A stretch of 63,028 nt of DNA, filler included, from Octopus bimaculoides (GCF_001194135.2; 4 parts of 4 records of this genome joined end to end with filler, not necessarily neighbours in it), one strand, 5' to 3'. Counted from the first letter of the whole stretch, positions 11,601-25,729 are shown. Numbers and translations are program-made. Notes: generated by a model not told the origin, from the letters alone.

Positions 11601-14600
11601 NNNNNNNNNNNNNNNNNNNNNNNNNNNNNNNNNNNNNNNNNNNNNNNNNNNNNNNNNNNNNNNNNNNNNNNNNNNNNNNNNNNNNNNNNNNNNNNNNNNN
11701 NNNNNNNNNNNNNNNNNNNNNNNNNNNNNNNNNNNNNNNNNNNNNNNNNNNNNNNNNNNNNNNNNNNNNNNNNNNNNNNNNNNNNNNNNNNNNNNNNNNN
11801 NNNNNNNNNNNNNNNNNNNNNNNNNNNNNNAATTCCCCCTTCGTGTGACTTTTGCCATCTCCATAAACAAATATCAGGGTCAAACACTGTCTGTAACTGG
11901 TCTTCTCTTGGAAGAGCCCTGCTTCTCACATGGACAACTGTATGTGGGCAGCAACAAAAAACCTATTTGTATATGCTCTACAAGGGAAAACAAGGAACAT
12001 AGTTTACAATGAGGTGTTATAATCACAACAGCAAGAAAGTATGTACATGATCACCTTCTTTTACGAAACTTCATTGACTTTCATATATTTATATTGATAT
12101 ACATATATATACGTGTGTTTGGGTGCGTGTGTGTATATACATCTCTATATATAAAGATGATGCGTAGTCTAGACGGCGTTTTTAGATTTCATTATTCTCC
12201 TTAACCGGGGCAACGCCGGGTATTTCTGCTAGTCATTTATATTACAATGACAGTTACTTACAGCTATCATATGATGTCAGGACAAATACACACACACACA
12301 CACACACAAGATCATTTAATGTCCACTATTTCAAGCTTGCATGGGTCAGGCGGAATTTGTTGAGGTAGATTTTCTACAGTTGGATGCCCTTCTTGCTGTC
12401 TCACTTGTTCCAAGTAAGGTAATATTTTCCCATATCTAGATATTTAGAAATGTTTTTTTCATAGAAGACTAGAGACAAACAACCTTGCTTATATGATGAT
12501 GTCATTTACAACCATCATGTGATATCCAGACAAGGGCACACACTAACGCACACATTATCTGTGTCTGTATGTGTAATTTTCTACTATAATAATACTCTTC
12601 TGTATTTCTCCATCACAACATATGAATGAAAAAGTAAGGGGTGATAGATGAATAAGGAAGAAAGAGGTGATATCAAACTGGTAGTGGAATGGTGAACATT
12701 CAATGTTCAAAAGAAAAATCAAACAACATTTCAACTCTGTGTGAGTATATGTGTGTATGTGTAGAAGGAAAGTATGTGAATGTTTGTATCTGTGATTATT
12801 ATGTACCTTATTTTGTACCATATTTATATACAATATTAGCCGTCGTTTTTGACAGCACGAAGCCAGCTACTATATATATATATATATATNNNNNNNNNNN
12901 NNNNNNNNNNNNNNNNNNNNNNNNNNNNNNNNNNNNNNNNNNNNNNNNNNNNNNNNNNNNNNNNNNNNNNNNNNNNNNNNNNNNNNNNNNNNNNNNNNNN
13001 NNNNNNNNNNNNNNNNNNNNNNNNNNNNNNNNNNNNNNNNNNNNNNNNNNNNNNNNNNNNNNNNNNNNNNNNNNNNNNNNNNNNNNNNNNNNNNNNNNNN
13101 NNNNNNNNNNNNNNNNNNNNNNNNNNNNNNNNNNNNNNNNNNNNNNNNNNNNNNNNNNNNNNNNNNNNNNNNNNNNNNNNNNNNNNNNNNNNNNNNNNNN
13201 NNNNNNNNNNNNNNNNNNNNNNNNNNNNNNNNNNNNNNNNNNNNNNNNNNNNNNNNNNNNNNNNNNNNNNNNNNNNNNNNNNTATGTATATATATATATG
13301 TGTGTGTGTGTGTATGTATATATATATATGTGTGTGTGTGTGTATGTATATATATATATGTGTGTGTGTGTGTATGTATATATATATATGTGTGTGTGTG
13401 TGTATGTATATATATATATATGTGTGTGTGTGTATGTATATATATATATCACTGAAAATGTGCAGAGAAAAGCTTCTGTCACATTCCAGGAAGAAAAACT
13501 ACAAGTAGTTGATAGCTTCCATTACCTAAGTGACCAAGTCAGTAGCAGGAGTGGATGCTCTGAAAGTGCAGCTGCTAGAAGGTACAAAAATAGCCTGGGC
13601 AAAGTTCAGAGAGTTCCTACCTCTGCTGGTGACAAAGGGCTTTTTGCTCAGAGTAAAAGGTAGACTGTATGACACATGTGTACGAACAGCCATGCTACAT
13701 GGCAGTGAAACATGGGCCGTGACTGCTGAGGACATGCGTAAGTTTGCAAGGAGTGAAGCCAGTATTCTCTGCTGGATGTGTAATGTCAATGTGCATACAC
13801 AACAGAGTGTAAGCGACCTGAGAGAAATGTTGGACTTAAGAAGCATCAGATATGGTGTGCAAGAGAGGTGACTGCGCTGGTATGGCCATGTGTTGTGAAT
13901 GGATGAGAACAGCTTTGTGGAAAAGTGTCACACTCTAGCAGTTGAGCGAACCTGTGGAAAACTTAGACCCAGGAAGACCTGGGATGAGGTGGTGAAGCAT
14001 GACCTTCAAACATTGGGCTTCACCGAAGCGATGACTAGTAACCAAGACCTTTGGAGATATGCTGTGCTTGAAAAGACCCGACAAGCCAAGTGAGACCATA
14101 ACCCGTGGCCTATGCCAATGGTGTATAACCAGCCCACTTATGAGTATCCTTCATTCACTAGACAATAAACTTTGCTTGCGAAGACATTTTGAGGCAAATG
14201 AAATCAAAATCGCTGATGTAGCCGATGACAGTACCGCCTGATTGGCACTCGTGCCAATGGAACATTAAGAGCACCATCTGAATGTGATCTTCCCAGGGCC
14301 GCTGACTGGCTCCCATGCCGGTGGCATGTAAAAGTTCACAAAGGGCCTCTCGCTCAGAGTAAACTGTATGACACATGTGTATGAACAGCCATGCTACATG
14401 GCAGTGAAATATGGGCCGTGACTGCTGATGACATGCGTAAGTTTGCAAGGAGTGAAGCCAGTATTCTCCACTGGATGTGTAATGTCAATGTCCATATACG
14501 ACAGAGTGTAAGTGCCCTGAGAGCAAAGTTGGATTTAAGAAGCATCAGACGTGGTGTGCAAGAGAGACAACTGCACTGGTATGGTCATGTGTTGTGAATG

Positions 14601-17600
14601 AATGAGGATGGCTGTGTGAGAAAGTGTCACACCCTAACAGTTGAGCTAACCTGTGGAAGAGGTAGACCCAGGAAGACCTGGGATGAGGTGGTGAAGCATG
14701 ACCTTCGAACATTGGGCCTTACCGATGCAATGACTAGTGACCGAGACCTTTGGAATTATGCTGTGCTTGAGAAGACCCGACAAGTCAACTGAGACAATAG
14801 CCCGTGGCCTATGCCAGTGGGTGTAAACAGTTCCCTCATTCATTGGACAACAAACTTTGCTTGCAAAGCCCTATTGACGCCAGTGAAATCAAAATCAAAA
14901 TCTCTGATGTGGCCGATGACAGTACTGCATGATTGGCACTATGCCAGTGGAATGTTAAAAACACATCCAAGCGTGATCGTTACCAGGGCCGCGGATTGGC
15001 TCCCTTGCCAGTGGCACGTAAAAGGCACCATTCAAGCATGATCGTTGCTGGCGTCGCCTTACTGGCACATATGCTGGTGGCACGTGAAAAACAGCATTCG
15101 AGTGTGGTCATTACCAGTGTCTCTGGACTGGCTCCTGTGCAGGTGGCACGTAAAAAACACCTTTTGAGCATGGTCATTGCCAGTACCACCTGACCAGCAC
15201 TCATGTCGGTGGCATGTAAAAGCTCTCACTACACTCTCGGAGTGATTGGCATAGGAAGGGCATCTAGCTTTAGAAACTTTGCCAGATAAGATTGGAGCCT
15301 GGTGCAGCCTTCTAGCTCGCCAGTCCTCTGTCAAAACGTCGAGCCCATGCCAGCATGGAAAGCGGACGTTATATGACGATGATGATTAGCACCATTTGAG
15401 CATGATCGTTAACAGCATTGCTTTACTGGCACGTGGAAAAAACATTCGAACGAGGTTGTTGCCAGTGCCGCTGGACTGGCTCCTGTGCAGGTGGCACGTA
15501 AAATACACCATTTCAAACATGGCCATTGCCAGTACCTCCTGACTGGCCTTCGTGCCGATGGCACGTAAAAGCACCCACTACACTCTTGGAGTGCTTGGCG
15601 TTAGGAAAGGCATCCAGCTGTAGAAACTCTTCCAGATTAGATTGGAGCCTGGTGCAGCCATCCAGTTCACTAGTCCTCAGTCAAATCATCCAACCCATGC
15701 TAGCATGGAAAGCAGACATTAAACGATGATGATGATATATATACATATAGATATATATATATATATATATATATTCATATATACATATATATATATTTAT
15801 GTATATTCATATATACATATAATTATATATATATATATATACACATATGAATATATGTGTATGGAGGGGATACAGAAATAGTATACATCACCTGTTAGAC
15901 ATTATATTATGTCTATTTATTTTAAACAATTATGAGAATATATATATTTATGTAAAGACTATGTATTACATACGTAAGTACCAGTAATTCCTAGAATAGA
16001 AAAAGAAAGAGAACAGTTTCTTACAGCCCTTTCTGCCAAGAGGTCACAATACCCCACATGTTATTTCCATCTCTTCAGTGTTCTGTAGTGATCGGTAGAT
16101 AAAATTAGGGTATTGGGTGTGCCTACAGGCTTCATCAGAGAGTTTAAAAGAGGGTCTAAAAAGTTCAAAGGGCTAATGTATGTATATATAGATATGCATA
16201 TACACACACACACACACACATATATTAGAAGGTTTGGAGGTGATGTGCAGGAATTATTTATTAGAAAAAATAATAAGGTACTCAGATATCTGGATGGTTG
16301 TACATTTACAGATTTGTATTAATATGTCACATGTTTTTATAAATCATATATTAGCACTTGCATCTATTCTAGTAGACTGTCCAGATTTATTTCTTCTTGA
16401 GAGGATTTTATCTCTTTTTATAGTATTATTGAATGTGTAGGGGTGGAGAGAGATAATATAGGATAGTAAAAGAGGGTGAGGAATGGGGAGAAAGTGAGAG
16501 AGAGTGTGTGTGTGTTTTTGTGTTTGTGTGTGTATGTGTGTGCCTGTGTATCTGAAAGGAGTGTCAATGGGAAAGAGAAGGAAAGAAAGAAGGAAGAGTG
16601 AGAGAAGAAAGAAAATTGTGTTTACAGCTGATCAGTTTTTTCAATAAAAGATGACAAGTTGATTCTTGGCCTTTAAAAATGGCAAAACCATCATTGTCCA
16701 GTGAGAGAGAGTGGGTGTGTTTTTGTGTATGTGTGTGTGTGCCTGTGTAAATACACTAAAAAGACCTATAATAAAAATCAAAAAAGTACAAAGTAATAAA
16801 TATTAAAATAGTATTTCATAACCATATTTTCAAATAGAAAATAAAAATCAAATCGATTCAAAATAAATCAATCGAAAATCAATTCTATTCAAAAATATAG
16901 CTAATCGTCAGGTCAAAATACAATAATAATAAAATCAATGTATATATATCAAGTAATAATAAATATGAAATGAATTTATATAAAAATACTTATTTTACCA
17001 ATAAATAAAAGAAAAACATTTAACAATATTACTGAAAATAAATGCAATACTTATCTTATCGAAGCTTTAGTTTAAACTAAAATTTTAAATGTTATACTTT
17101 TAACTTAGCATTTATTAGAATTAAGTCGCATGAAAATATGGCATAAAGAAAAGCAATAGCATAAAGCGATATATAAATATGTATTTAAGTTTTATTTATA
17201 AAATCAAAATGTATTTTAGCTGTAATCATAATAAATTAACTGTATTATAAACATTTACTGGAAGATTTTAAATCCTAAATAATTTTAAAGTCTAATAAAT
17301 TAAAACTAAAATACATAAATTAGATGATATACATGAAAGAAGCTAAAATACTATAAATTAATATATTTACATTAAATAAATTAATTAAAATATTTAAATT
17401 ATTTATTTTATAAAAATCATAGTATNNNNNNNNNNNNNNNNNNNNNNNNNNNNNNNNNNNNNNNNNNNNNNNNNNNNNNNNNNNNNNNNNNNNNNNNNNN
17501 NNNNNNNNNNNNNNNNNNNNNNNNNNNNNNNNNNNNNNNNNNNNNNNNNNNNNNNNNNNNNNNNNNNNNNNNNNNNNNNNNNNNNNNNNNNNNATATATA

Positions 17601-20600
17601 TATATATATATATATATACACAACTAGCTAAACTTATATAAATAATTTATTTATGTCTACATTTAATTTTACGTTCATCAAGGGAGTTATTATTATTATT
17701 TAATAATATCTCCTTATGGATAAGGGATATAATGCCTTTCTTTAACTTTTTGGGAAGTCTCCCTGTTGTGAGGAAGCTCTGAAAGAGAATCTGAAGTGGT
17801 CTAGCTAGAGCCCCTTTGCATTTCTTTAGGAGGATCACTAGGAATCCATCAGGGCCTATTGCTGAGTTTGAGCTATTTCATCAGTGGCTGATATCACATC
17901 AGTTTCCTCTATGCTGATGCTATCACTATCAATAATTGCTATTTTGTTGTGTAGGTCTGTGGATCCAAAGAACTCATCAGGCATAGCTACTTGCAAGTGC
18001 CCCAGAGGAGTTGTGAAAGCACTCTTGTATTGCACATTCAGTATTTCACTGATCCTCTGGGAGTCAGCAGTAGGTGAGCCATTTTCTTCAAGTTGTTGCC
18101 CTATTTTGTACCGTACTGAAGCAGCTTCTTTTGCATACCAATAGAAGGCTTTAGGGTTTGTCTTAATATTTTTGACAGCCCTGGCCTCCTTTTCTGCCTT
18201 CTCCTTTTTATGGGAGCATTTGAGTTCATTTTCAATCTTTAGCAATGTTCGTTTGAGATAGGATTGTTTGTTATCCTTTAGTGGCCCCTTTCAGACAATT
18301 TGAGATTTTTGCTCTTTGTCTCATTAGAATCCTCCTATCCCTGAGTATTATATTTTTCTGCTGGCTTGGAGCAAACTTACTGCAGATGTCATACATGATT
18401 GTCATAAAGTGTTGTAGCTTTATGCCAATGTCTTCTGTAGAGAGACTGACAGACCAATTATGTTCTTTCTCATTACCCTTCCAATCAGCTTTACAAAAGT
18501 TCAGGTTGGAGAGAAGTAGGGTGCTTTTAGTAGCTTGCATGTCTGTAGTCTTCTGCAGACCATACATTGTTAGTTCTATTAAATAATGGTCCAAGAAAAT
18601 CGTCAGTGCCACCTTAACATTATGGATGAGCGCTATGTTGGTTGTGAAATAGAGGTCCAGGACATTTTTTCCTCTTGTTGGGTGGAGCACTATTTGCTCC
18701 ATAAAGAGCATGTTAGTGACGTCAAGCAGAGATTCTGCATGCGTCAGGCCATGCAGTGACATACCTGAGAGAATGTGACCTTCAGGCCATTTGACGTAAG
18801 GGAGGTTGAAATCCCCTAAAAGAAGTATGTGCAGGTTGTCATCCAGGTTGGTTAATACTTCTTTCATTTCTTGGAGGCTCTCTTCAAATGAATCCCCATG
18901 GTTTGGAGCATTTGGTGGGCGATACATGGTACATATTATTAGTTCCATCTGTTTAATGTGTACCACCAGAGTGTCACAGACTGAGTTTGAGCGTGACAGC
19001 AGGACCACAGGTGTGACTTCTTACCGAATGTACATTGCCACTCCACCTTGAGTCCTTTCTCTCCTGTCAGTTCGAAACACAACATACCCTGGTATGTGTA
19101 TCTCAGCATCTGATATGTCCACATTCAGATGTGTTTCTGTTAGTGACACACATATTGCTTGATTACATGTCACTAAGTCGCTCAGGTATTGTGTTTTGCG
19201 TTGTTGGGACGTTACAAGGCCCCTGATGTGCCATAAGAATACCAGTGTGACATAGAGGGTGTGAGTAGTAGCCACTGAGCTGACATGTGCAGAAGTATCA
19301 GGGGTGGCCACTCCAGATTCTTTGCTGTTTGAGGTGGTTATGGGTACTGGTACATGTTCCTGATACTGGATGTCTGATGAAGCCAGGTCAGCTGCCTTAC
19401 AATCTTCTGTGCGACCTCCAAAAAAGCCTGTTGTTCAGCAGCTGCTATCTGCACTGCACTGACAGTTTATTTCCTCATTGGAGCAGTACATGCACCATCC
19501 ACACACTTCCATGGTAGTGACAATGTATCTTGTGATCTGGTGCTGTGTTGTTGGAGGCTGTTTTTCCTGGTCTTCAAGCAAATTGAACGAGCACTGCTCA
19601 TATGGGATTTGGGACGAGCAAATCTGCAGCCTGTCCCAATGTCACCATGCCAGCAGGTAGCCTTTACATAGAACTTGCTGACTGGTTTGGTTCCCTTTTT
19701 ACCAGCCATTACCTTTGCGGGTTCAATTTCGTTTTCCTTGTGAATCCACCATGGGCCCACATCCATTCTCAGCCCGCTGGCCCACTGGTGCCTTTGTTTT
19801 TGTTTGTTTCTCCAGCTTTACTTTGCTACTGTTTTCCTCTTTCACCTTTGGTTTTCTCCTGGTGAACTTTGGCATTCTTCTTGAACTCACAGTTGTCCAG
19901 GGTGTTGGTGTCTCCTTTGTTTTGTTCCTCTCTTTCAGCCTTATCCTGACCCTTCTTGGATTCTATGAGGTCACTAGCTCCCTTTTCCTTTTCACTGTTT
20001 TGTACCTTCACTTCCACTTCAATTATTTTCTCTAATAATTTCAAGCGTAGTTATATTAAGGTATATGAATGAATGAACTCATTCTTTTTCCTCTGGGTTG
20101 AGCTATGGTTCGATAAAAACAAAAGTTCTTCAAGGCCCCTGCAGTAAGAGTGTTTGGCGGCGCTGCTTCTGCCAGATACCATACGGGGAGCATTGTTTTA
20201 ATTTCCTCAACCTGCCAGTTTCTTTGAATTGTGAAACTTATATATCTTCTTCTAATCTAATATATAAAATAGAGATGTGTGTGTATTCGCTTTCCACGTG
20301 AAAACAGCTTCACCAATGACTGGCAAACTTGTGATGCATGAATAATTTGACCTCGGACATATAATAGTGTCTTGATTTGATTTTTTTTTTTTTTTTATTA
20401 AAAATAAAAAATTTTGCTTTATATTTATGATTCAATTCTTTAAAAAGGTTTCTTAATGACAACTTCCGGTATTGACGTTAAAACAGCGTCGTCTCTCACT
20501 TTCTATTTCAATGTTCGCTATTTGTAAACTGTTTTCAGTTTCGTTTCCTACAGGGGGGTGGAGTAGATAGATATTCTCCATTTCCCTAAAAGTTATGAGG

Positions 20601-22788
20601 GGAAAATATTCGATCTTGTGAATTCTTCGAAGGTGTCTTCCGCCCCCCCCCCNNNNNNNNNNNNNNNNNNNNNNNNNNNNNNNNNNNNNNNNNNNNNNNN
20701 NNNNNNNNNNNNNNNNNNNNNNNNNNNNNNNNNNNNNNNNNNNNNNNNNNNNNNNNNNNNNNNNNNNNATTTGACCTCGGACATATAATAGTGTCTTGAT
20801 TTGATTTTTTTTTTTTTTTTATATCCGTTGCACTATTTTTTTTTTTTCTATTTTGTTTCCGGGTAATAATGTCGACCGAAATATTTACGAAGTTCACGAA
20901 TTAAAATATTCAGTACAATATAGTTTTTAACGTGCTTTTATTTATACGATTTCTTCATTCCATGTTTATCTCAGCCATTGTTAGCAATGTTCTATCACAC
21001 ACACACACACACACACTCCAAGTTTGATTTCGTTCTGAACTCGCACACTTCATTATTTTCTGTAACAATCTTTTGTTTATTCTCTTTCTGCTCGCCGTGT
21101 TCAGCTCTATGTATTTGTATCAGTCACACATGGACACGTGTTTTTTGTATGTACGTTTGTATACATTTATGTGTGTGTGATTGAAGGGGTGTGTTGTCAT
21201 GTATACGTACATGTATAAATACATATGTATACATCTTTTTTCTATGTGTGCGTGTGTGTGTGTGAGAGAGAGAGAAAGAGAGAGAGTGATATTCAAGTGG
21301 CACTCTCTCTATCTCTCTCACACACATAAACATAGAAAAAAGATGTATACATATGTATTTATACATGTACGTATACATGACAACACACCCCTTTACTCCC
21401 TCTCTCTCTCTCTCTCCCTCTCTTCTCTTTCTCTCACACACACACACACACACACACGTCCCCTTCGTCTGATGATACTGTATGCGTGCGTGCGGCGTTC
21501 AACAATCGCTAGAAAAAAAAGCAGAGGAATTTTCTTTCTTGATGTTCCTGGTGGCACAGGTAAAACATTTGTAACATTGCTTCTCTCCAAGGTAAGGTAA
21601 TAAAAATTAGAATCGCAGTTGCTGTACCAGTGTCTGGCTTTGCTGCCACCATCCTCCCAGGAGGACGAACAGCTCATTCTGCTTTTAAATTACCACTAAA
21701 AACCTGGTCACAAATGACATTACAATTTGTAACATAAGCAAAGAGTCAGGTTCACCAGAAGTGTTGTGCCAATGCCACCTTATCATTTGGGATGAATGCA
21801 CCATGTCACATAGAGGGGCAATGGAAGCTCTTGGTGAGACCTTACAGGACATCAGAGGCAACAGTAAACCAATGGGAGGAGTTACGTTAGTTTTATCAGG
21901 AGAATTCAGACAGACATTACCAGTCATTCTGAGACAAACAAGATCTGATGAAATAAAAACATGCATTAAGTCTTCACACCTATGGAATAAAGTACTGAAA
22001 TTCCCATTCAATACTAATGTGCGACCAAATATCTATATCTATATATATGTATATCATGCTACCTACGTATATAAATATTTGGAAGACGTTTTCACATCCT
22101 GAGACTCTTTTTAACTTATTTACTCAACTAAAAACACTTCGTCTAATAAGACTTCACAAACATTTAAATGGGCTTTGCAAGATCTTTACTAAAACTGCAA
22201 GTTCTTTCTCCTTCCCTTTTCATTTCAGCTGTTGTTTAGCTGTTGAACTGGCTAAAGTACGCGATACTGTTCTGATCATTTCCACTGATCCAGCACACAA
22301 TATATCTGATGCTTTTAACCAAAAGTTCTCAAAGGTACCCAGTCAAGTACATGGGTTCCACAATCTTTATGCAATGGTAAGTTTTTTTTCCAAAATATTA
22401 AAACAACTGTTTTAATTCCAATTTAATTTTCATGTCATTTGGTTGTTGCTTTTCCCTATTGTCCCTTCTGTTCACCTTCTTGTACACTGAGGATATGCCT
22501 TGACAACTTGTCATCACCATCTACATTTCTCCTTTTAGTTACTGCTACCCACCCTTATGTAATGTGAGACAGAAATATGTGTCCACAATTGTCCTCTTAT
22601 CTGTAGACCTGTCCTTGTCCTTAATGTCACATCAGTTCTAGGAGAATTTTCGACTCTGTAGATTATCTCCCCTTTCTCAAGCAAAGCTAGTCTTGTAATT
22701 AAAACGCATTCACTAGAGGCAGATATAACTTTAATAAATCAAGAATTTATGTTGTATGGTATTTGATATACCTATTTTTTGGATATAC

Positions 22789-22825
<37 letters not shown>

Positions 22826-23710
22826 NNNNNNNNNNNNNNNNNNNNNNNNNNNNNNNNNNNNNNNNNNNNNNNNNNNNNNNNNNNNNNNNNNNNNNNNNNN
22901 NNNNNNNNNNNNNNNNNNNNNNNNNNNNNNNNNNNNNNNNNNNNNNNNNNNNNNNNNNNNNNNNNNNNNNNNNNNNNNNNNNNNNNNNNNNNNNNNNNNN
23001 NNNNNNNNNNNNNNNNNNNNNNNNNNNNNNNNNNNNNNNNNNNNNNNNNNNNNNNNNNNNNNNNNNNNNNNNNNNNNNNNNNNNNNNNNNNNNNNNNNNN
23101 NNNNNNNNNNNNNNNNNNNNNNNNNNNNNNNNNNNNNNNNNNNNNNNNNNNNNNNNNNNNNNNNNNNNNNNNNNNNNNNNNNNNNNNNNNNNNNNNNNNN
23201 NNNNNNNNNNNNNGTGCAAGGAATATTAATATAGTATATGGTGCTCAGACAATAAGCGTAAGCCAGTGTCAATGGTGATTCCAGAAATTCCAAGCCGGAA
23301 ACTACTGGCAACACACCTGTTTCTGTCTCATTATAAGCCTTTATCATCCAACACAAGATCACCTCCTCCAATGCCCCCTCCCCCTTGAAAGTTTTTTTTT
23401 TTATCTTGCAAGTACTTGGTGACCCTGTCAGTGCAAGTACCACTTAAAAGCACCCAATCCACACTCTAAAGTGGTTGGTGTTTGGAAGGGTATCCAGCTG
23501 TAAAATCCTTGCCAAAACTGACCTCGTCTGTGCTTGTGCCACATAAAAAGCACTAGGTCCACTCTGCTGAGTGGTTAGTGTTAGGAAGGGCATCCAGCTG
23601 TAAAGATCCTGCCAAAGCAATCACAGAAGTCTGGTGCAGGCTTCTGCCTGGTCAGCTCTTGTGCAACTGTCCCACCCATGCTAGCATGGAAGGCAGACGT
23701 TAAATGATGA

Positions 23711-23752
<42 letters not shown>

Positions 23753-25630
23753 CATCGACTAACCAGCTAGAAGAGGTGACCTCCTGGGGTTAAAATGATA
23801 GTAACATCAATTCGTATGGAACAACCCTGTTGAAATGGTGATAGACATTGCTTCTCAGTATAGTTAATACTTTCATCTCTTATGGAGATTTTCTAACCAG
23901 CTAATTTGCTTGTTGCAAGATCAGTGACTGGTTGTCACTTATTTTTCTGTATATTGTGAACTGGAGCAAACTACTGCTATCTCTAGCGGACAAGTATCCA
24001 CTATTAAGGATGAGCACAAATAGCTCAAAACTGTACTGTCTGTTGATCCCATTGCTGGAAGATGATAAGGGCTCACTCCCCTGCTTGCAATATATATAGG
24101 GCTCAGATTGCATCGAATAACCAGCTGGCGGAGGCGTCCTCCTGGGGTTAACATGGAACAGCCATGTTGAAACGTCAATAGACATTGCTTCTCAGTACAG
24201 TTACTGCTCTCTTTTCTTATACAGATTTTCTGACTAGCTAATTTGTTTGTTATTTAGGCACAGGAGTGGTTGTCTGGTAAGTAGCTTGCTTACCAATCAC
24301 ATGGTTCTGGGCTCAGTCTCACTGTGTGGCACCTTGGACAAGTGTCTTCTACTATAGCCTTGGGCCAACCAAAGCCTTGTGAGTGTATTTGGTAGACGGA
24401 AACTGAAAGAAGCTTGTCATGTGTGTGTGTGTGTCTGTTTGTCCCCTCACCATCGCTTGACAATCGATGTTGGTGTGTTTATATCCCCGTAACTTAGCAT
24501 TTTGGCAAAAGAGATTGATAGAATAAGTACTAGGCTTACAAAGAATAAGTCCTGGGGTCAATTTATTTGACTAAAGACGATGCTCTTGCATGGCTGCAGT
24601 CAAATGACTGAAACAAATAAAAGAATATATATATATATACATATTTGCTTGCAATAGTCAATTCTTTTGGTCAAACTATCATATCTCCAGCTGCTTCAGA
24701 TGCCAAGATATCAATAATTGTCAAAATGTAGTACAGCGGTTTTGCTATGGAACGGTGAAACTATTTTTTCTGAAAAAGCAACGTTTTTGACTTACACTTT
24801 TGCATAATAGCAACAATATATATATATTATAAAATAACGTTTGTCTGTCTTAGCAAAAAAAAAATACCAAAAATGTAATCTTTTGGGTTGTTTTGCTTTT
24901 CAGGAAATTGATCCTAATCTTGGATTATCTGAACTCCCTGAGGAATATTTTGAAGAAGGTAAAATGAAAATAAATTCTTCTGTAAATGTGCATGTTTGTA
25001 TATGTATCTGCTGTGGGACAGCACACACACACAACATTAAATTTTCCATTCAGTATGAACTTGAAAAACCTTTGAATGTTTTACTAATAGTTGATATGAC
25101 TTTCATTAGATACAACCTATTTTCATAATTAAGTTTAAATCTCCTTTTCTCTCTCTCTCTCTCTCTCTCATCATCATCATCATCTTGGCAAAGAAAGGAA
25201 GAATATCCTTGAAGAACTCATAGATTCGAATGGGGAGTTATTCCCTTTTTAATGTCCAGTTTTCCATGTTCAGACAGGAGGGATGGAATTCAATTAGGTA
25301 GAATTTCTGTGGCCAAATGTCCTTCCTGTCACTTACCTTATCTGTTTCCATGCTCAGACAGGATGGATGGAATTCATTGAGGTAGATTTTCTGTGGCCAA
25401 ATGTCCCTCCTGTTACCTAACCTTATCTGTTTTCACAGATAAGACAGACAGACAAATGTACCATTACAATTTATTACATATCCTTCTATATATTGTGTGC
25501 CTCATTCCCTCCCCTCGTATTGTAAATATATTTTCAAACTCTGCATTTTCTTTTTTTTTTCTTTATGTCCTTTAGTGAAAGTTTCTTAATATATGTATCT
25601 CTTCAAACCCTTGTGGCCAATAAAGAAAAG

Positions 25631-25729
<99 letters not shown>

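Noticed and set aside
23750-24250. Direct repeats interpreted as the LTR pair of a TRIM
   Set aside because: No primer-binding site, polypurine tract or TSD
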